64,000 bases of DNA, taken from positions 120,799 to 184,798 of the forward strand of contig JAENYO010000001.1 of the NCBI GenBank assembly GCA_016841745.1. Reading direction: 5' to 3'. Both the position numbers and the translations under genes were made by a program. The notes under the pieces were generated by a model. It was not told the origin of the DNA. It ran no database searches and saw only the letters and a program-made list of their open reading frames with translations. Position 1 is the stretch's first letter; every line of letters begins with the position of its first letter. Below are positions 27,295 through 36,582 of this stretch, one piece after another. The stretch comes from Acetomicrobium hydrogeniformans (GTDB lineage Bacteria; Synergistota; Synergistia; Synergistales; JAFGMB01).

Positions 27295-29565
27295 ATGTTT
27301 AATGAAACAATACTTCTTGTAACAGGAATTGTTCAAGGCGTAGGTTTTCGCCCTTTCTGCGCCAGGCTGGCATCAGCACTTGAACTTTCCGGATCTGTCA
27401 GGAACACTTCAGATGGAGTTGAGATAGTCTTGAGAGGGCCAGGTTCTGCCATCAACAACTATATCGCCAGACTCCAGGCTGAGAACCCCGATGCCTCCAC
27501 AATATCCTCTATTGTTACGATTTCCAGCTGCCAAATCGAAAACACTTATATCAGGTCTTTTCAAATAGAAAAAAGTGTTCGCATGGAAAGACAGAGAGTT
27601 CTAATTCCACCTGACATTGCTACCTGCAGTGACTGCCTTGTTGAGATGCTCGACAAGAACAACAGGAGATACGGCTATCCTTTTATCAACTGTACCAACT
27701 GCGGCCCCAGATATAGTATCATCAAAGACCTTCCTTATGACCGCCCAAAGACGACAATGAGCAATTTTGACATGTGCACAGAATGCCAGGCAGAATATAC
27801 CGATCCGGGTGACAGAAGGTATCATGCCCAGCCCAATGCTTGTTTCCAATGCGGGCCCCGATTATGGCTATGTAACAATAGAGGAGAATTAATCTCTCGG
27901 GATAATGACTCTATAAATATTTGCTGCCGCATGGTTGAATCCGGTAATATTGCAGCAATAAAAGGTCTTGGCGGATTTCATCTGGCCTGCAATCCATTGG
28001 ATGATGAAGCGGTAATAAAGCTCAGAGAGCGTAAAGGTAGACAAAAAAAACCCTTCGCTCTAATGGTAAAAGACATCGAAAACGCAGAGAGAATAATTCA
28101 TCTCTCGGATAATGCAAAAAAAATACTCCTGTCCTCTAAAAGGCCGATAGTTTTATGCAACAGAAAAAAAGATACACCTCTTTCCGAAGAAGTTGCCCCA
28201 GGCCAGAACTGTCTCGGGATCATGCTACCTTACACTCCACTTCATCACTTAATCATGTCTCATTTCGGATATCTCATAATGACTAGCGCAAATGTCAGTG
28301 ATTCACCCATTATTGCAGATAACAGAGAAGCATTGAGAAAACTGGGGGGAATTGCAGATATTTTTCTTATGCATGATAGAGATATTCACATGCCTATAGA
28401 TGATTCAGTTATAGCATCCATGAAAAAGAGGCACATCATTATTCGAAGGTCCAGAGGTTTCGTCCCCGCACCCTTAGGGATCCCTGTGAATTCTCCTGTA
28501 ATTCTGGGCGCTGGAGCAGAAATGAAAGCTACTTTTTCCCTCACTCAGGATAAAATGCTTTTCCCTGGTCAGTACCTGGGAGACCTTAAAGAACTCCCAA
28601 CAATAAATTATTACAAGAGGGCTTTAAAACATTTTCTCAAACTCTATAATCTACATCCACAATACCTGGCCCATGATATGCACCCTCAATACATATCAAC
28701 AAGTCTTGCCAGAGAAATAGCTGAAGAAATTGTTGATAGTCTGGGGGTTCAACACCATCATGCCCACCTTGCTGCCTGCCTGACTGAAAATAGACACAAT
28801 GAAAGAGTTATCGGAGTAATATTTGACGGAACAGGCTATGGCTCAGATGGGACTATATGGGGCGGGGAATTCCTGGTTGGTGATACCATGACATTTAAAA
28901 GAGCAGGTTACCTTCTACCATCAACTCTTCCGGGTGGAGAACGTTCGATATTAGAACCCTGGAGATACGGATTATCTCTTCTGTATAATTCCTTCGGAGC
29001 TGATAAAACAACAGATCTCGCAGAAGAACTTTGGCCTGATTACACAGAAAAGATAGCTGGAGTGATGAAAACTCTAAAAACTTCTCCCGTAACAACATCT
29101 GCAGGTAGGTTATTCGATGGGGTTTCTTCCATATTAAATATATGCACCAGAGCATCCTACGATGGACAACCAGCGTCAGAAATGGAATCCAGGGCAGAAG
29201 GAAAAGGAATAATGCCCTTTGAAATAATGGAATCTGAAGGAAAGTACATACTTGACTGGCGAACTGCAATAATCTGGATCATCCGTAATATTAATTCACT
29301 CTCAGCAGGCGATATATCGGGATGTTTCCATTATGGACTGGCAGATGCGATAGGCAAGATATGTAAAAGGATATCAAGGGATACCGGGATAAATACTGTA
29401 GCTCTATCGGGAGGGGTGTGGCAGAACAGAATACTTCTGGAAAACACCTGTATGGTTATGGAAAGATTGGGTTTCAATGTCCTTACCCATAAGATCCTGT
29501 CTCCAAATGATGAATGCATATCAGTAGGACAAGCGGTAATAGCGTCTAGTAAATGGCACAATTAA
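27295..29565 (+). CDS. hypF: [NiFe]-hydrogenase maturation carbamoyltransferase HypF
   Basis: Has an acylphosphatase domain (VQGVGFRPF), two zinc-finger pairs (CSDC...CTNCGPR and CTEC...CFQCGPR), then YrdC-like and Kae1-like domains. GGAGG lies 7 nt before ATG 27295. Confidence 0.9.
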   Translation: MFNETILLVTGIVQGVGFRPFCARLASALELSGSVRNTSDGVEIVLRGPGSAINNYIARLQAENPDASTISSIVTISSCQIENTYIRSFQIEKSVRMERQRVLIPPDIATCSDCLVEMLDKNNRRYGYPFINCTNCGPRYSIIKDLPYDRPKTTMSNFDMCTECQAEYTDPGDRRYHAQPNACFQCGPRLWLCNNRGELISRDNDSINICCRMVESGNIAAIKGLGGFHLACNPLDDEAVIKLRERKGRQKKPFALMVKDIENAERIIHLSDNAKKILLSSKRPIVLCNRKKDTPLSEEVAPGQNCLGIMLPYTPLHHLIMSHFGYLIMTSANVSDSPIIADNREALRKLGGIADIFLMHDRDIHMPIDDSVIASMKKRHIIIRRSRGFVPAPLGIPVNSPVILGAGAEMKATFSLTQDKMLFPGQYLGDLKELPTINYYKRALKHFLKLYNLHPQYLAHDMHPQYISTSLAREIAEEIVDSLGVQHHHAHLAACLTENRHNERVIGVIFDGTGYGSDGTIWGGEFLVGDTMTFKRAGYLLPSTLPGGERSILEPWRYGLSLLYNSFGADKTTDLAEELWPDYTEKIAGVMKTLKTSPVTTSAGRLFDGVSSILNICTRASYDGQPASEMESRAEGKGIMPFEIMESEGKYILDWRTAIIWIIRNINSLSAGDISGCFHYGLADAIGKICKRISRDTGINTVALSGGVWQNRILLENTCMVMERLGFNVLTHKILSPNDECISVGQAVIASSKWHN

Positions 29566-29590
29566 ATTGAACGGGGAACCTGTATTATCC

Positions 29591-29622
29591 AAATAGAGAG
29601 AGCCTTAAAACCCTCTCTATTT
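29591..29622. terminator. bidirectional terminator hairpin (hypF / csp remnant)
   Basis: AAATAGAGAG-12 nt-CTCTCTATTT, followed by TTTATCGTCTTT on the plus strand. Confidence 0.6.
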
Positions 29623-29643
29623 ATCGTCTTTGGACTCAGATAA

Positions 29644-29773
29644 CTACCCCTTGATAACATTTGCAGCCTGGGGTTCTTCATCCCCCTCTACAATCTCGAA
29701 GTCTACACTGTTCTTCACTTGTAATAAAACCATAACCCTTTATTCCTTTGAACCACTTGACAATGCCTTTCAT
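29644..29773 (-). pseudogene. cold-shock protein (CspA family) gene remnant with an internal ~72-nt deletion and frameshift
   Basis: ATG 29773 gives MKGIVKWFKGIKGYGFITSEEQ (RNP1 motif). After a 1-nt shift the reading continues VDFEIVEGDEEPQAANVIKG-stop. The central VFVHF/RNP2 segment is missing, and frame 0 stops after 31 aa. Confidence 0.7.
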
Positions 29774-29876
29774 AAATCTGTTTCCTGCCCGTTTCCTGTC
29801 GCCAGTTCGTCAACTATGCGGAGAACTGGAGAACCTGAATCTGTTGATGTTACTCCTGCTATTCCAGAAAGTAAGA

Positions 29877-29905
29877 AATTATGCAATTTATCATATAATG
29901 AACAA
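29877..29905 (-). promoter_or_regulatory. promoter upstream of the csp remnant
   Basis: On the minus strand: TTGTTC, a 17-nt spacer, then TGcATAATT (extended -10). A ~100-nt leader follows before the ATG, as is typical of csp genes. Confidence 0.45.
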
Positions 29906-29922
29906 AACCAATGTGACTATAT

Positions 29923-30915
29923 CTAAAGGCCCTTGCTATAATCAATATCGCTGATTTCTTTGAGTTTTGCTGGTTTATGTATTCCCTCTACATATCTTAT
30001 GGTACCGGATTTGGACCTGAGAACAAGAGAGCTTGTTCTTATGACCTTACCCTGATATCGAACTCCCTCAAGAAATTCGCCATCTGTAACACCGGTAGCT
30101 GCAAAAAACACATTGTCGCTACTCACCAGATCGTTAAGTCTCAGAATCTGGTCCAGCGATAACCCCTGTTCTTTGGCTTTTGCAGCATCTCTTGCATCTC
30201 TTGCCCAGAGTTTACACTGCATGTTTCCACCTAGAGCCTTTATTGCACATGCAGTAATCACTGCCTCCGGAGCCCCTCCTATTCCCATTAGAAGATCTGT
30301 TCCACCCTGAACCTTACAGGTTAAAAGAGCTCCCGCCACATCTCCATCAGGTATAAGCTTGATTCTTGCTCCTACTCGGCGAATTTCGGAAATAAGATCT
30401 TCGTGTCTTGGTCTGTCTAGAACCACGACTGTGATATCCTCGATCGATTTGCCCTTCAGTTTAGCTACCTTGGAAATATTATCTTCGACAGGGGCATCAA
30501 TATCTATGGCATCGATCGCATCTGGACCAGTAACGATCTTGTCCATGTAAAAGATATTCCCAGGATTATACATGCTTCCCTTTTCAGCTACGGCAACAAC
30601 ACTGATAGCTCCAGGCAAACCCAGAGAAGTCAATCTGGTCCCGTCAACGGGATCTACTGCTATATCCAAATCTGGAACTGACCCCGTTCCAAGCTTTTCA
30701 CCATTAAAAAGCATTGGAGCCTTATCCTTTTCACCTTCACCTATCACTACAATTCCATTCATCTCGACGCTGTTAAGCATATTGCGCATTGCGTGAACTG
30801 CAGCGCCATCAACAGCATTCTTATCACCACGGCCCATCCATCTGCCTGCAGCCATAGCTGCAGCTTCAGTTCCTCGAACGAGTTCAAGGGCCATATTTCT
30901 ATCCGGGACAGCCAT
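29923..30915 (-). CDS. glpX: class II fructose-1,6-bisphosphatase
   Basis: 330 aa with a GlpX-type sequence throughout (RGTEAAAMAAGRWMGRGDKNAVDGAAV...). GGAGG lies upstream of the ATG. Confidence 0.9.
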   Translation of the reverse strand: MAVPDRNMALELVRGTEAAAMAAGRWMGRGDKNAVDGAAVHAMRNMLNSVEMNGIVVIGEGEKDKAPMLFNGEKLGTGSVPDLDIAVDPVDGTRLTSLGLPGAISVVAVAEKGSMYNPGNIFYMDKIVTGPDAIDAIDIDAPVEDNISKVAKLKGKSIEDITVVVLDRPRHEDLISEIRRVGARIKLIPDGDVAGALLTCKVQGGTDLLMGIGGAPEAVITACAIKALGGNMQCKLWARDARDAAKAKEQGLSLDQILRLNDLVSSDNVFFAATGVTDGEFLEGVRYQGKVIRTSSLVLRSKSGTIRYVEGIHKPAKLKEISDIDYSKGL

Positions 30916-30956
30916 ATTATTACCTCCATATCAAAGGTTTTTAACATTAAAAACTT

Positions 30957-32252
30957 CTAAAGCAAAAACCTGTCAAAGATTTCATTAATGTATCTATAAT
31001 AGTAATTATAGTCGAAAAGACTGGAAAGTTCTTCTTTTGAAATTAATCCTGCAAGCCTTTTATCACTTGAGAGAAGATCAAGGAAATGGTTATCTCCGTC
31101 CCAGCATCTCATTGCATTATCCTGGACCACAGCGTAGGCGTCCTCCCGTTTCATACTGAACTGCTCTACAAGCTGAAGGAGGACTCGCTGGCTGTATACA
31201 AGACCTTTGGTCATTTCAAGGTTTTTTTTCATACGTTCTTCCTGCACAACCATATCTTTAACAATATTTCTAAACTTATCCAACATGTAGTCAATAAGGT
31301 TAAAAGCATCGGGCCAGATTATTCTTTCAACAGAAGAATGGCTGATATCTCTTTCATGCCATAAAGCTATGTTTTCCATGGCAGCCGAAGAATAACTTCT
31401 CAGTAATCTGGACATACCGGTCAGTCTTTCACATATTATGGGATTTTTCTTATGGGGCATGGCTGATGATCCTTTCTGTTTCTTTCCAAAAGGTTCCATT
31501 ACCTCGAGCACCTCGGTTCTTTGCAAATGCCTTATTTCAACAGCGAACCTCTCGATGGAACAGCCTAGAATGGATACAGCAGAAAGGACCTGAGCATGTC
31601 TATCCCTCTGGAGTACCTGAGTTGTTATAGGAGAAGGATTCAGTCCAAGGCTGTCGCATACACTTTTCTCAACATCCGGTGGACAATGAGCATAAGTCCC
31701 TACTGCTCCGGAAAGTTTTCCATAGGATATTTCTTCCAGGGCGGCAATCAGTCTTTTCCTGTCACGCTGTAACTGAGAATACCAGCTTAAGAGTTTAAGC
31801 CCGAAGGTAAGAGGTTCAGCATGAACCCCATGAGTTCTACCTACACAAGGGAGGAATTTATATTTTTCTGCTTTCGAGAACAGGTCTTTACTTGTTGATT
31901 CCAGCTTTGAGATGACATGCTCAAGGCTCTGTTTAAGCATGATGGAAGAAGCTGTATCAATTACATCACTACTGGTCAATCCAAGATGAATATATCTTCC
32001 GTTAGAACCAACGTTTTCCGCAACATTGGTTACAAAAGCTATAACATCATGATGGACTTCATTTTCAATCTCATTTATTCTTTTCACACTGAAAGTTCCA
32101 TTGTTTTCGATATCTTTCACAGCATCTTCAGGGATGATACCCTTTTCACTCCATGCTTTACATACAGCTATTTCAACATCAAGCCAGACTTTGTATTTAT
32201 TCTTATCAGACCAGATTCTTTCCATTGTTTCAGTTGTGTATCGTTCGATCAT
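30957..32252 (-). CDS. purB: adenylosuccinate lyase
   Basis: 431 aa with the fumarate-lyase signature GSSAMPHKKNP. Confidence 0.95.
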   Translation of the reverse strand: MIERYTTETMERIWSDKNKYKVWLDVEIAVCKAWSEKGIIPEDAVKDIENNGTFSVKRINEIENEVHHDVIAFVTNVAENVGSNGRYIHLGLTSSDVIDTASSIMLKQSLEHVISKLESTSKDLFSKAEKYKFLPCVGRTHGVHAEPLTFGLKLLSWYSQLQRDRKRLIAALEEISYGKLSGAVGTYAHCPPDVEKSVCDSLGLNPSPITTQVLQRDRHAQVLSAVSILGCSIERFAVEIRHLQRTEVLEVMEPFGKKQKGSSAMPHKKNPIICERLTGMSRLLRSYSSAAMENIALWHERDISHSSVERIIWPDAFNLIDYMLDKFRNIVKDMVVQEERMKKNLEMTKGLVYSQRVLLQLVEQFSMKREDAYAVVQDNAMRCWDGDNHFLDLLSSDKRLAGLISKEELSSLFDYNYYYRYINEIFDRFLL

Positions 32253-32778
32253 AAGGTGTACCTCCCTTGTTAATATCCCGTAACCAGTCTTCCCTTACCA
32301 GTGTGAAAAAATCATCATAGATTCCTGAGGAAAAATCTGGAAATGTATAGTCAAAGGGCAACCATTTCTTAAAACGGTACCTCATTGTAACTTCTGCGAA
32401 AATACCGTCTCCAAGGTATACACGGTGAGCATGGTCTTTCGTAGACGCAAGAACAAGCCTCGCTCCATTAATATAACCTGGATCAATATTTATACGTCTA
32501 TTCTCTGCACTTCTTAATTCTATCTTACAACTCGCCTTTTTCCATCCTGAAAGCTGATCAGCTGGTCTTAATCCCGGGAAAGAAATAAAACAACGTAAAA
32601 GGTTGGGTGATATATCATCATAATAATTGGTATGGTCAAAGGGAAAAGTGCCACTGATTCTTTCTGGCTCTCCCCATAACTGTGCAATCGAATTTACTGC
32701 CCATTCAAACCAGTCCAGGTCCGGATACAAAAGACCCGCTATAAGTTTCACCAATGGAGCTTCACGAATGAGATTCAA
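32230..32778 (-). CDS. DUF4416 family protein
   Basis: 182 aa. The segment RRINIDPGYINGARLVLASTKDHAHRVYLGDGIFAEV...YTFPDF matches my recollection of the DUF4416 pattern. AGAGGTG lies 5 nt before TTG 32778. The gene overlaps purB by 23 nt. Confidence 0.65.
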   Translation of the reverse strand: MNLIREAPLVKLIAGLLYPDLDWFEWAVNSIAQLWGEPERISGTFPFDHTNYYDDISPNLLRCFISFPGLRPADQLSGWKKASCKIELRSAENRRINIDPGYINGARLVLASTKDHAHRVYLGDGIFAEVTMRYRFKKWLPFDYTFPDFSSGIYDDFFTLVREDWLRDINKGGTPYDRTIHN

Positions 32779-32788
32779 AAAAACACCT

Positions 32789-33724
32789 CTAGGTAGTGGG
32801 ATTCTCTATCGTATTCTGATTCAGAAGAGCCTCAACAAACTCCCTGGGATCAAAAGGACTCAGATCTTCTTGTCTCTCTCCAAGACCTATATATCTGACT
32901 GGCAGGGACAGTTTGCCAGCTATGGTGAGGATAATCCCTCCCTTTGCTGTATTATCATACTTTGAAAGAATAACGCCTGTAAGTTTCAGGATCTCGTTAA
33001 ATGCCTCAGCCTGCCTGAACCCATTCTGCCCCGTTATAGCATCAAGTACCAGAAAGATCTCGATGTCTTCTTCAGGTACCTCTCGGGATATCACCCTGTA
33101 GATCTTTGTCAATTCTTCCATCAGGTTATGTTTGGAATGAAGCCTTCCTGCTGTATCTACTATTACAAGATCAGCATCTGATGATTTTGCAGCCTGTATG
33201 GCATCAAAGGCGATTGCCGCGGAATCACTTCCCTGTTTCTGAGCCACAACTCTAACTCCAGTCATTTCACCCCAGACCTTCAACTGATCGATAGCAGCAG
33301 CTCTGAAAGTATCAGAAGCGGCGAATATTACATTTTTCCCTTCTTTCTTGAACTTTCCTGCAAGCTTTCCAGCCGTTGTCGTTTTTCCACTACCGTTGAC
33401 ACCGACAAGGATGATAACTGAGGGTCTGCCGGTAAGTGTTACTTCTTTACCCATTCCCTCTACCGTTTCCAGTGTATTAACAAGGATATCCATAAAATAT
33501 GAAAAAAGTTCTTCGGCTTTTTTAACTCCCTTTTTTCTGCAAAAAATCTGTAAATCAGATATCATTTCTTCAGCAAGCTCTATATTGACATCTCCAGAAA
33601 GAAGAACTCCTTCGAGATGATCCCAGAATTCATCATTTACGAAACTCGAACCAAAAAGAGATGCCAGGCCACCACTCCAGTTTTTTTTGACACCAAAAAG
33701 TTTCTCCTTCAAATTAGCGAACAT
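32789..33724 (-). CDS. ftsY: signal recognition particle receptor FtsY
   Basis: 311 aa with the SRP GTPase motifs GVNGSGKTTT, DTAGR and TKYD-like SKYDNTAKGG. Confidence 0.95.
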   Translation of the reverse strand: MFANLKEKLFGVKKNWSGGLASLFGSSFVNDEFWDHLEGVLLSGDVNIELAEEMISDLQIFCRKKGVKKAEELFSYFMDILVNTLETVEGMGKEVTLTGRPSVIILVGVNGSGKTTTAGKLAGKFKKEGKNVIFAASDTFRAAAIDQLKVWGEMTGVRVVAQKQGSDSAAIAFDAIQAAKSSDADLVIVDTAGRLHSKHNLMEELTKIYRVISREVPEEDIEIFLVLDAITGQNGFRQAEAFNEILKLTGVILSKYDNTAKGGIILTIAGKLSLPVRYIGLGERQEDLSPFDPREFVEALLNQNTIENPTT

Positions 33725-33797
33725 GCAAGATCATTCCTCCAGATCGTCCATCAATGCTAAGGTCAGGGCGATTATAGTAATCCTGATAGATATATTC

Positions 33798-35096
33798 TTA
33801 CTTATCTTTTTCCTGATCCTTCTGTTTTAACTGACCAGGCGTATTTGGCCTGGAAGGTCTGTTGCGCCTTGAATTATTTTTTTTCTTTCTGGGTGGTTTT
33901 TCCTTTGATAAAGGACTTGGTCCCTCATTGGCAATATTAGTTTTTGGTTGCCCCTGGTCAGGTTTGCTCTTTTTCTTTCTTTTTCTTCTTTTCGGCTGGG
34001 TTTTCACTGGTCGTTTCTGTTTTGCGCCATCTCCTTCATCAGTCACTTGATCTTTTTCGGGTTTGACTGGCCCTTTTCTGGAATCTTTTGAGTAAGGTTT
34101 TCTGGAAGTTCCCCCGGATTTCTTATCTTTATTCTCCGTGGTGGTACTGACTTTGAGAGTATCAAAATCAAATATCTCATCCATCTGAGGAGGTTTAACA
34201 TCCTCGTTCAGCATCTTATCCCATACCAGGCCCTTCATTATACATTCCTTGAATTCTCTAAAATCATTCACGGCAACAAGAACCTCTGGACCCTCAGGAC
34301 AACGAACCCGTACCGCACTTTTGTCAAGATCTACTCCTATCAATATATAATTTCCTTTTGGTGTCTTGAGCTTGGTACCAGGGTTGGGAAGAGAGGACCA
34401 AAGATCCTGGTACATGGGGTGTTCATAGCTCATACAGCACATCAGACGACCACAGATCCCTGATATCTTGGTAGGATTAAGGGCGAGATTCTGCTCTTTG
34501 ACCATTTTTATGCAAATTGGGGTAAATGAATGAAGCCAATAACTACAGCAACATACCTGACCACAGGGACCAATTCCTTTGACAGCCTTTGCTTCGTCTC
34601 TGACTCCTATCTGTCTCAACTCTATCCTTGTTTTAAATTCTCTTGCGAGGTCTCTGACATAAGCTCTGAAATCAACTCTCTGGTCAGAAGTAAAATAAAA
34701 GAATAATTTTTTACGATCAATCATGTATTCAACGTCAACCAATTTCATAGATAAATCATGACTTCGAAGTATTTCCCTTGCTTTCAGAAGAATCCGCTGT
34801 TCTTCTTCCTGATTTCTCTTATGTTCTTCCATGTTTTCTTTACCGGGTAGAGCAACAAATGTTACATTCTGAAGCATAGGTTCACCACCCCGGGGCTGCC
34901 CCTCCTGAGGCTCCTCAATACATGAAGCCTGGAACCTGGCCTGCTGTTCTTGTGTCAGGATACCTGCCACAAGCCCCAGTTCCACACCCCTAAGGGATTC
35001 AACCAACATGTAACTTCCCTTTTCAGGGTTTGTTTCCAACATTTCCAGGAAACCCAGATATCTTGGTTTACCAAAAATCACCAGGTATATGCTCAA
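33798..35096 (-). CDS. ricT: PSP1-domain protein RicT/YaaT homolog with a long basic C-terminal tail
   Basis: The PSP1 core carries Cys ligands (CGQVCCCSYWL...CGRLMCCMSYE). AAGGAGG lies 9 nt before the in-frame TTG 35096; the track start is TTG 35120. It lies in the tmk-holB-ricT order. Confidence 0.8.
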   Translation of the reverse strand: MSIYLVIFGKPRYLGFLEMLETNPEKGSYMLVESLRGVELGLVAGILTQEQQARFQASCIEEPQEGQPRGGEPMLQNVTFVALPGKENMEEHKRNQEEEQRILLKAREILRSHDLSMKLVDVEYMIDRKKLFFYFTSDQRVDFRAYVRDLAREFKTRIELRQIGVRDEAKAVKGIGPCGQVCCCSYWLHSFTPICIKMVKEQNLALNPTKISGICGRLMCCMSYEHPMYQDLWSSLPNPGTKLKTPKGNYILIGVDLDKSAVRVRCPEGPEVLVAVNDFREFKECIMKGLVWDKMLNEDVKPPQMDEIFDFDTLKVSTTTENKDKKSGGTSRKPYSKDSRKGPVKPEKDQVTDEGDGAKQKRPVKTQPKRRKRKKKSKPDQGQPKTNIANEGPSPLSKEKPPRKKKNNSRRNRPSRPNTPGQLKQKDQEKDK

Positions 35097-35841
35097 AGGG
35101 TATACCCTCCTTAACAACAAATAAAATAAGATCCTGTAACATGGTTTTAGGCAGCTTTTTCCCAGATGCGATCATCTTCAGACTTTCCAGTTTAGCTGCA
35201 AGCAAATGTTCTTTTCTCTGAAGGGAATAATTTATCCATTTGTCAAGATCTTCAACTATATCTTTAACATTACGCTTATCATTCTGAGAAATCCATCCCA
35301 TCCATTCTGTGTCACTTCCTGGGATGGGCATTGATATTTTTTCAGGAACATGTGATATGGAGAAAGTCCACGATCTGCTGGTTAAAGTCGGGATGAGATT
35401 TCCGTCAGGAGGTAAAAGAAATATAATGACCGCTCCTTCAGGGGGTTCTTCTGTTATTTTTAGAAGACTATTGGAAGCAGGAAGGGAAAGCTTGTCCGCA
35501 GAAAAAATGACAGCAACTCTGCCAGGAGCTGTCACAGGCTTTATAGACAATTCCCGGGCTATTTCCCTGCACCGGTCTATGCCGGGTGCCGATCCTATAT
35601 CCCCAGACAGGATAAGATCGGGATGAGGACCTCTCCCAATGTCATTATTTTTAGAACTGGGACTGTCGATATCTATCCTTTTTTGACACAGAAAGACCTT
35701 AGACAAAAGCATGGAACACTCCTGATGGAGGGATTCATCTATTTTAAAAACAAGGGAATGCGGTCTTTTCCCGTCATCCATGGCTTTACATATTTCATTC
35801 CAGGCTCTACTTTCCCTGATTATTTCCAACTTGTTATCCAA
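35068..35841 (-). CDS. holB: DNA polymerase III delta-prime subunit
   Basis: 257 aa, clamp-loader-like (HSLVF...NSLLKITEEPPEGAVIIFL), with no intact Walker A, as is usual for delta-prime. It follows tmk. Confidence 0.7.
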   Translation of the reverse strand: MDNKLEIIRESRAWNEICKAMDDGKRPHSLVFKIDESLHQECSMLLSKVFLCQKRIDIDSPSSKNNDIGRGPHPDLILSGDIGSAPGIDRCREIARELSIKPVTAPGRVAVIFSADKLSLPASNSLLKITEEPPEGAVIIFLLPPDGNLIPTLTSRSWTFSISHVPEKISMPIPGSDTEWMGWISQNDKRNVKDIVEDLDKWINYSLQRKEHLLAAKLESLKMIASGKKLPKTMLQDLILFVVKEGIPFEHIPGDFW

Positions 35842-35905
35842 TAAATCCCCCTGCCCTCAGCTTGTAATAAGAACTCAGGTATTTCCATTAATATAAGGCC
35901 TGCAA

Positions 35906-36517
35906 TTAATCCTTCAATAAGATCTTCAATTCTTGCCTTATGATACATGAAACTTCATCCACACTTTCTGAAGCATCTACCCTTCTTATCCGGTCAGGGA
36001 ATCTGTCTCTTAAATGTAAATAACCGTCACGAACTCTGGATAGGAATTCTAAACCATCTGACTCTATTCTGTCCAATCTCCCCCTGCTGTTTATCCTTTG
36101 GATCGCCTCTTCAAGGGGTACATCAAGCCACAAAGTCAAATCAGGAACAGGAAACTGTGACCATAAGAACAAGTCTTCGATTCTTTCCAAAGGTAAACCT
36201 CTGCCCCAAACCTGATAAGCAAGGGTAGAATCGGTATATCTCTCACATAAAACGATCTTTCCTTCGTTGATGGCAGGCACAACAACTTTGAAAACATGTT
36301 CACATCTATCTACAAGAAAAAGAAATAATTCCGATAAGGGATGGGATAATTCTGTATCTAGAAGGAGTTTCCTTAAAAGATTACCTCCATTCCAATCTCC
36401 AGGTTCTCTTGTCCAGATAACATTTTCTCTGCCAAATGAATCTTTAAGCACAGCAAACGCTTTTTCAGCCTGGGTACTTTTCCCAGCTCCATCGATGCCT
36501 TCAATTGTTATCAACAT
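35906..36517 (-). CDS. tmk: thymidylate kinase
   Basis: The product starts MLITIEGIDGAGKSTQ (P-loop) and contains DRCEH and a LID region. Confidence 0.95.
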   Translation of the reverse strand: MLITIEGIDGAGKSTQAEKAFAVLKDSFGRENVIWTREPGDWNGGNLLRKLLLDTELSHPLSELFLFLVDRCEHVFKVVVPAINEGKIVLCERYTDSTLAYQVWGRGLPLERIEDLFLWSQFPVPDLTLWLDVPLEEAIQRINSRGRLDRIESDGLEFLSRVRDGYLHLRDRFPDRIRRVDASESVDEVSCIIRQELKILLKD

Positions 36518-36582
36518 TACAGATCTGTGACTCCTTTATCATATGGATGACAAAAGTCCCGACTTCGGTTAACTTCATCAGA

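Noticed and set aside
29630-29954. Plus-strand ORFs of 98 and 68 aa lie between hypF and glpX.
   Set aside because: The opposite strand carries a clear CspA-family remnant with its own promoter and SD. The plus-strand translations are featureless.
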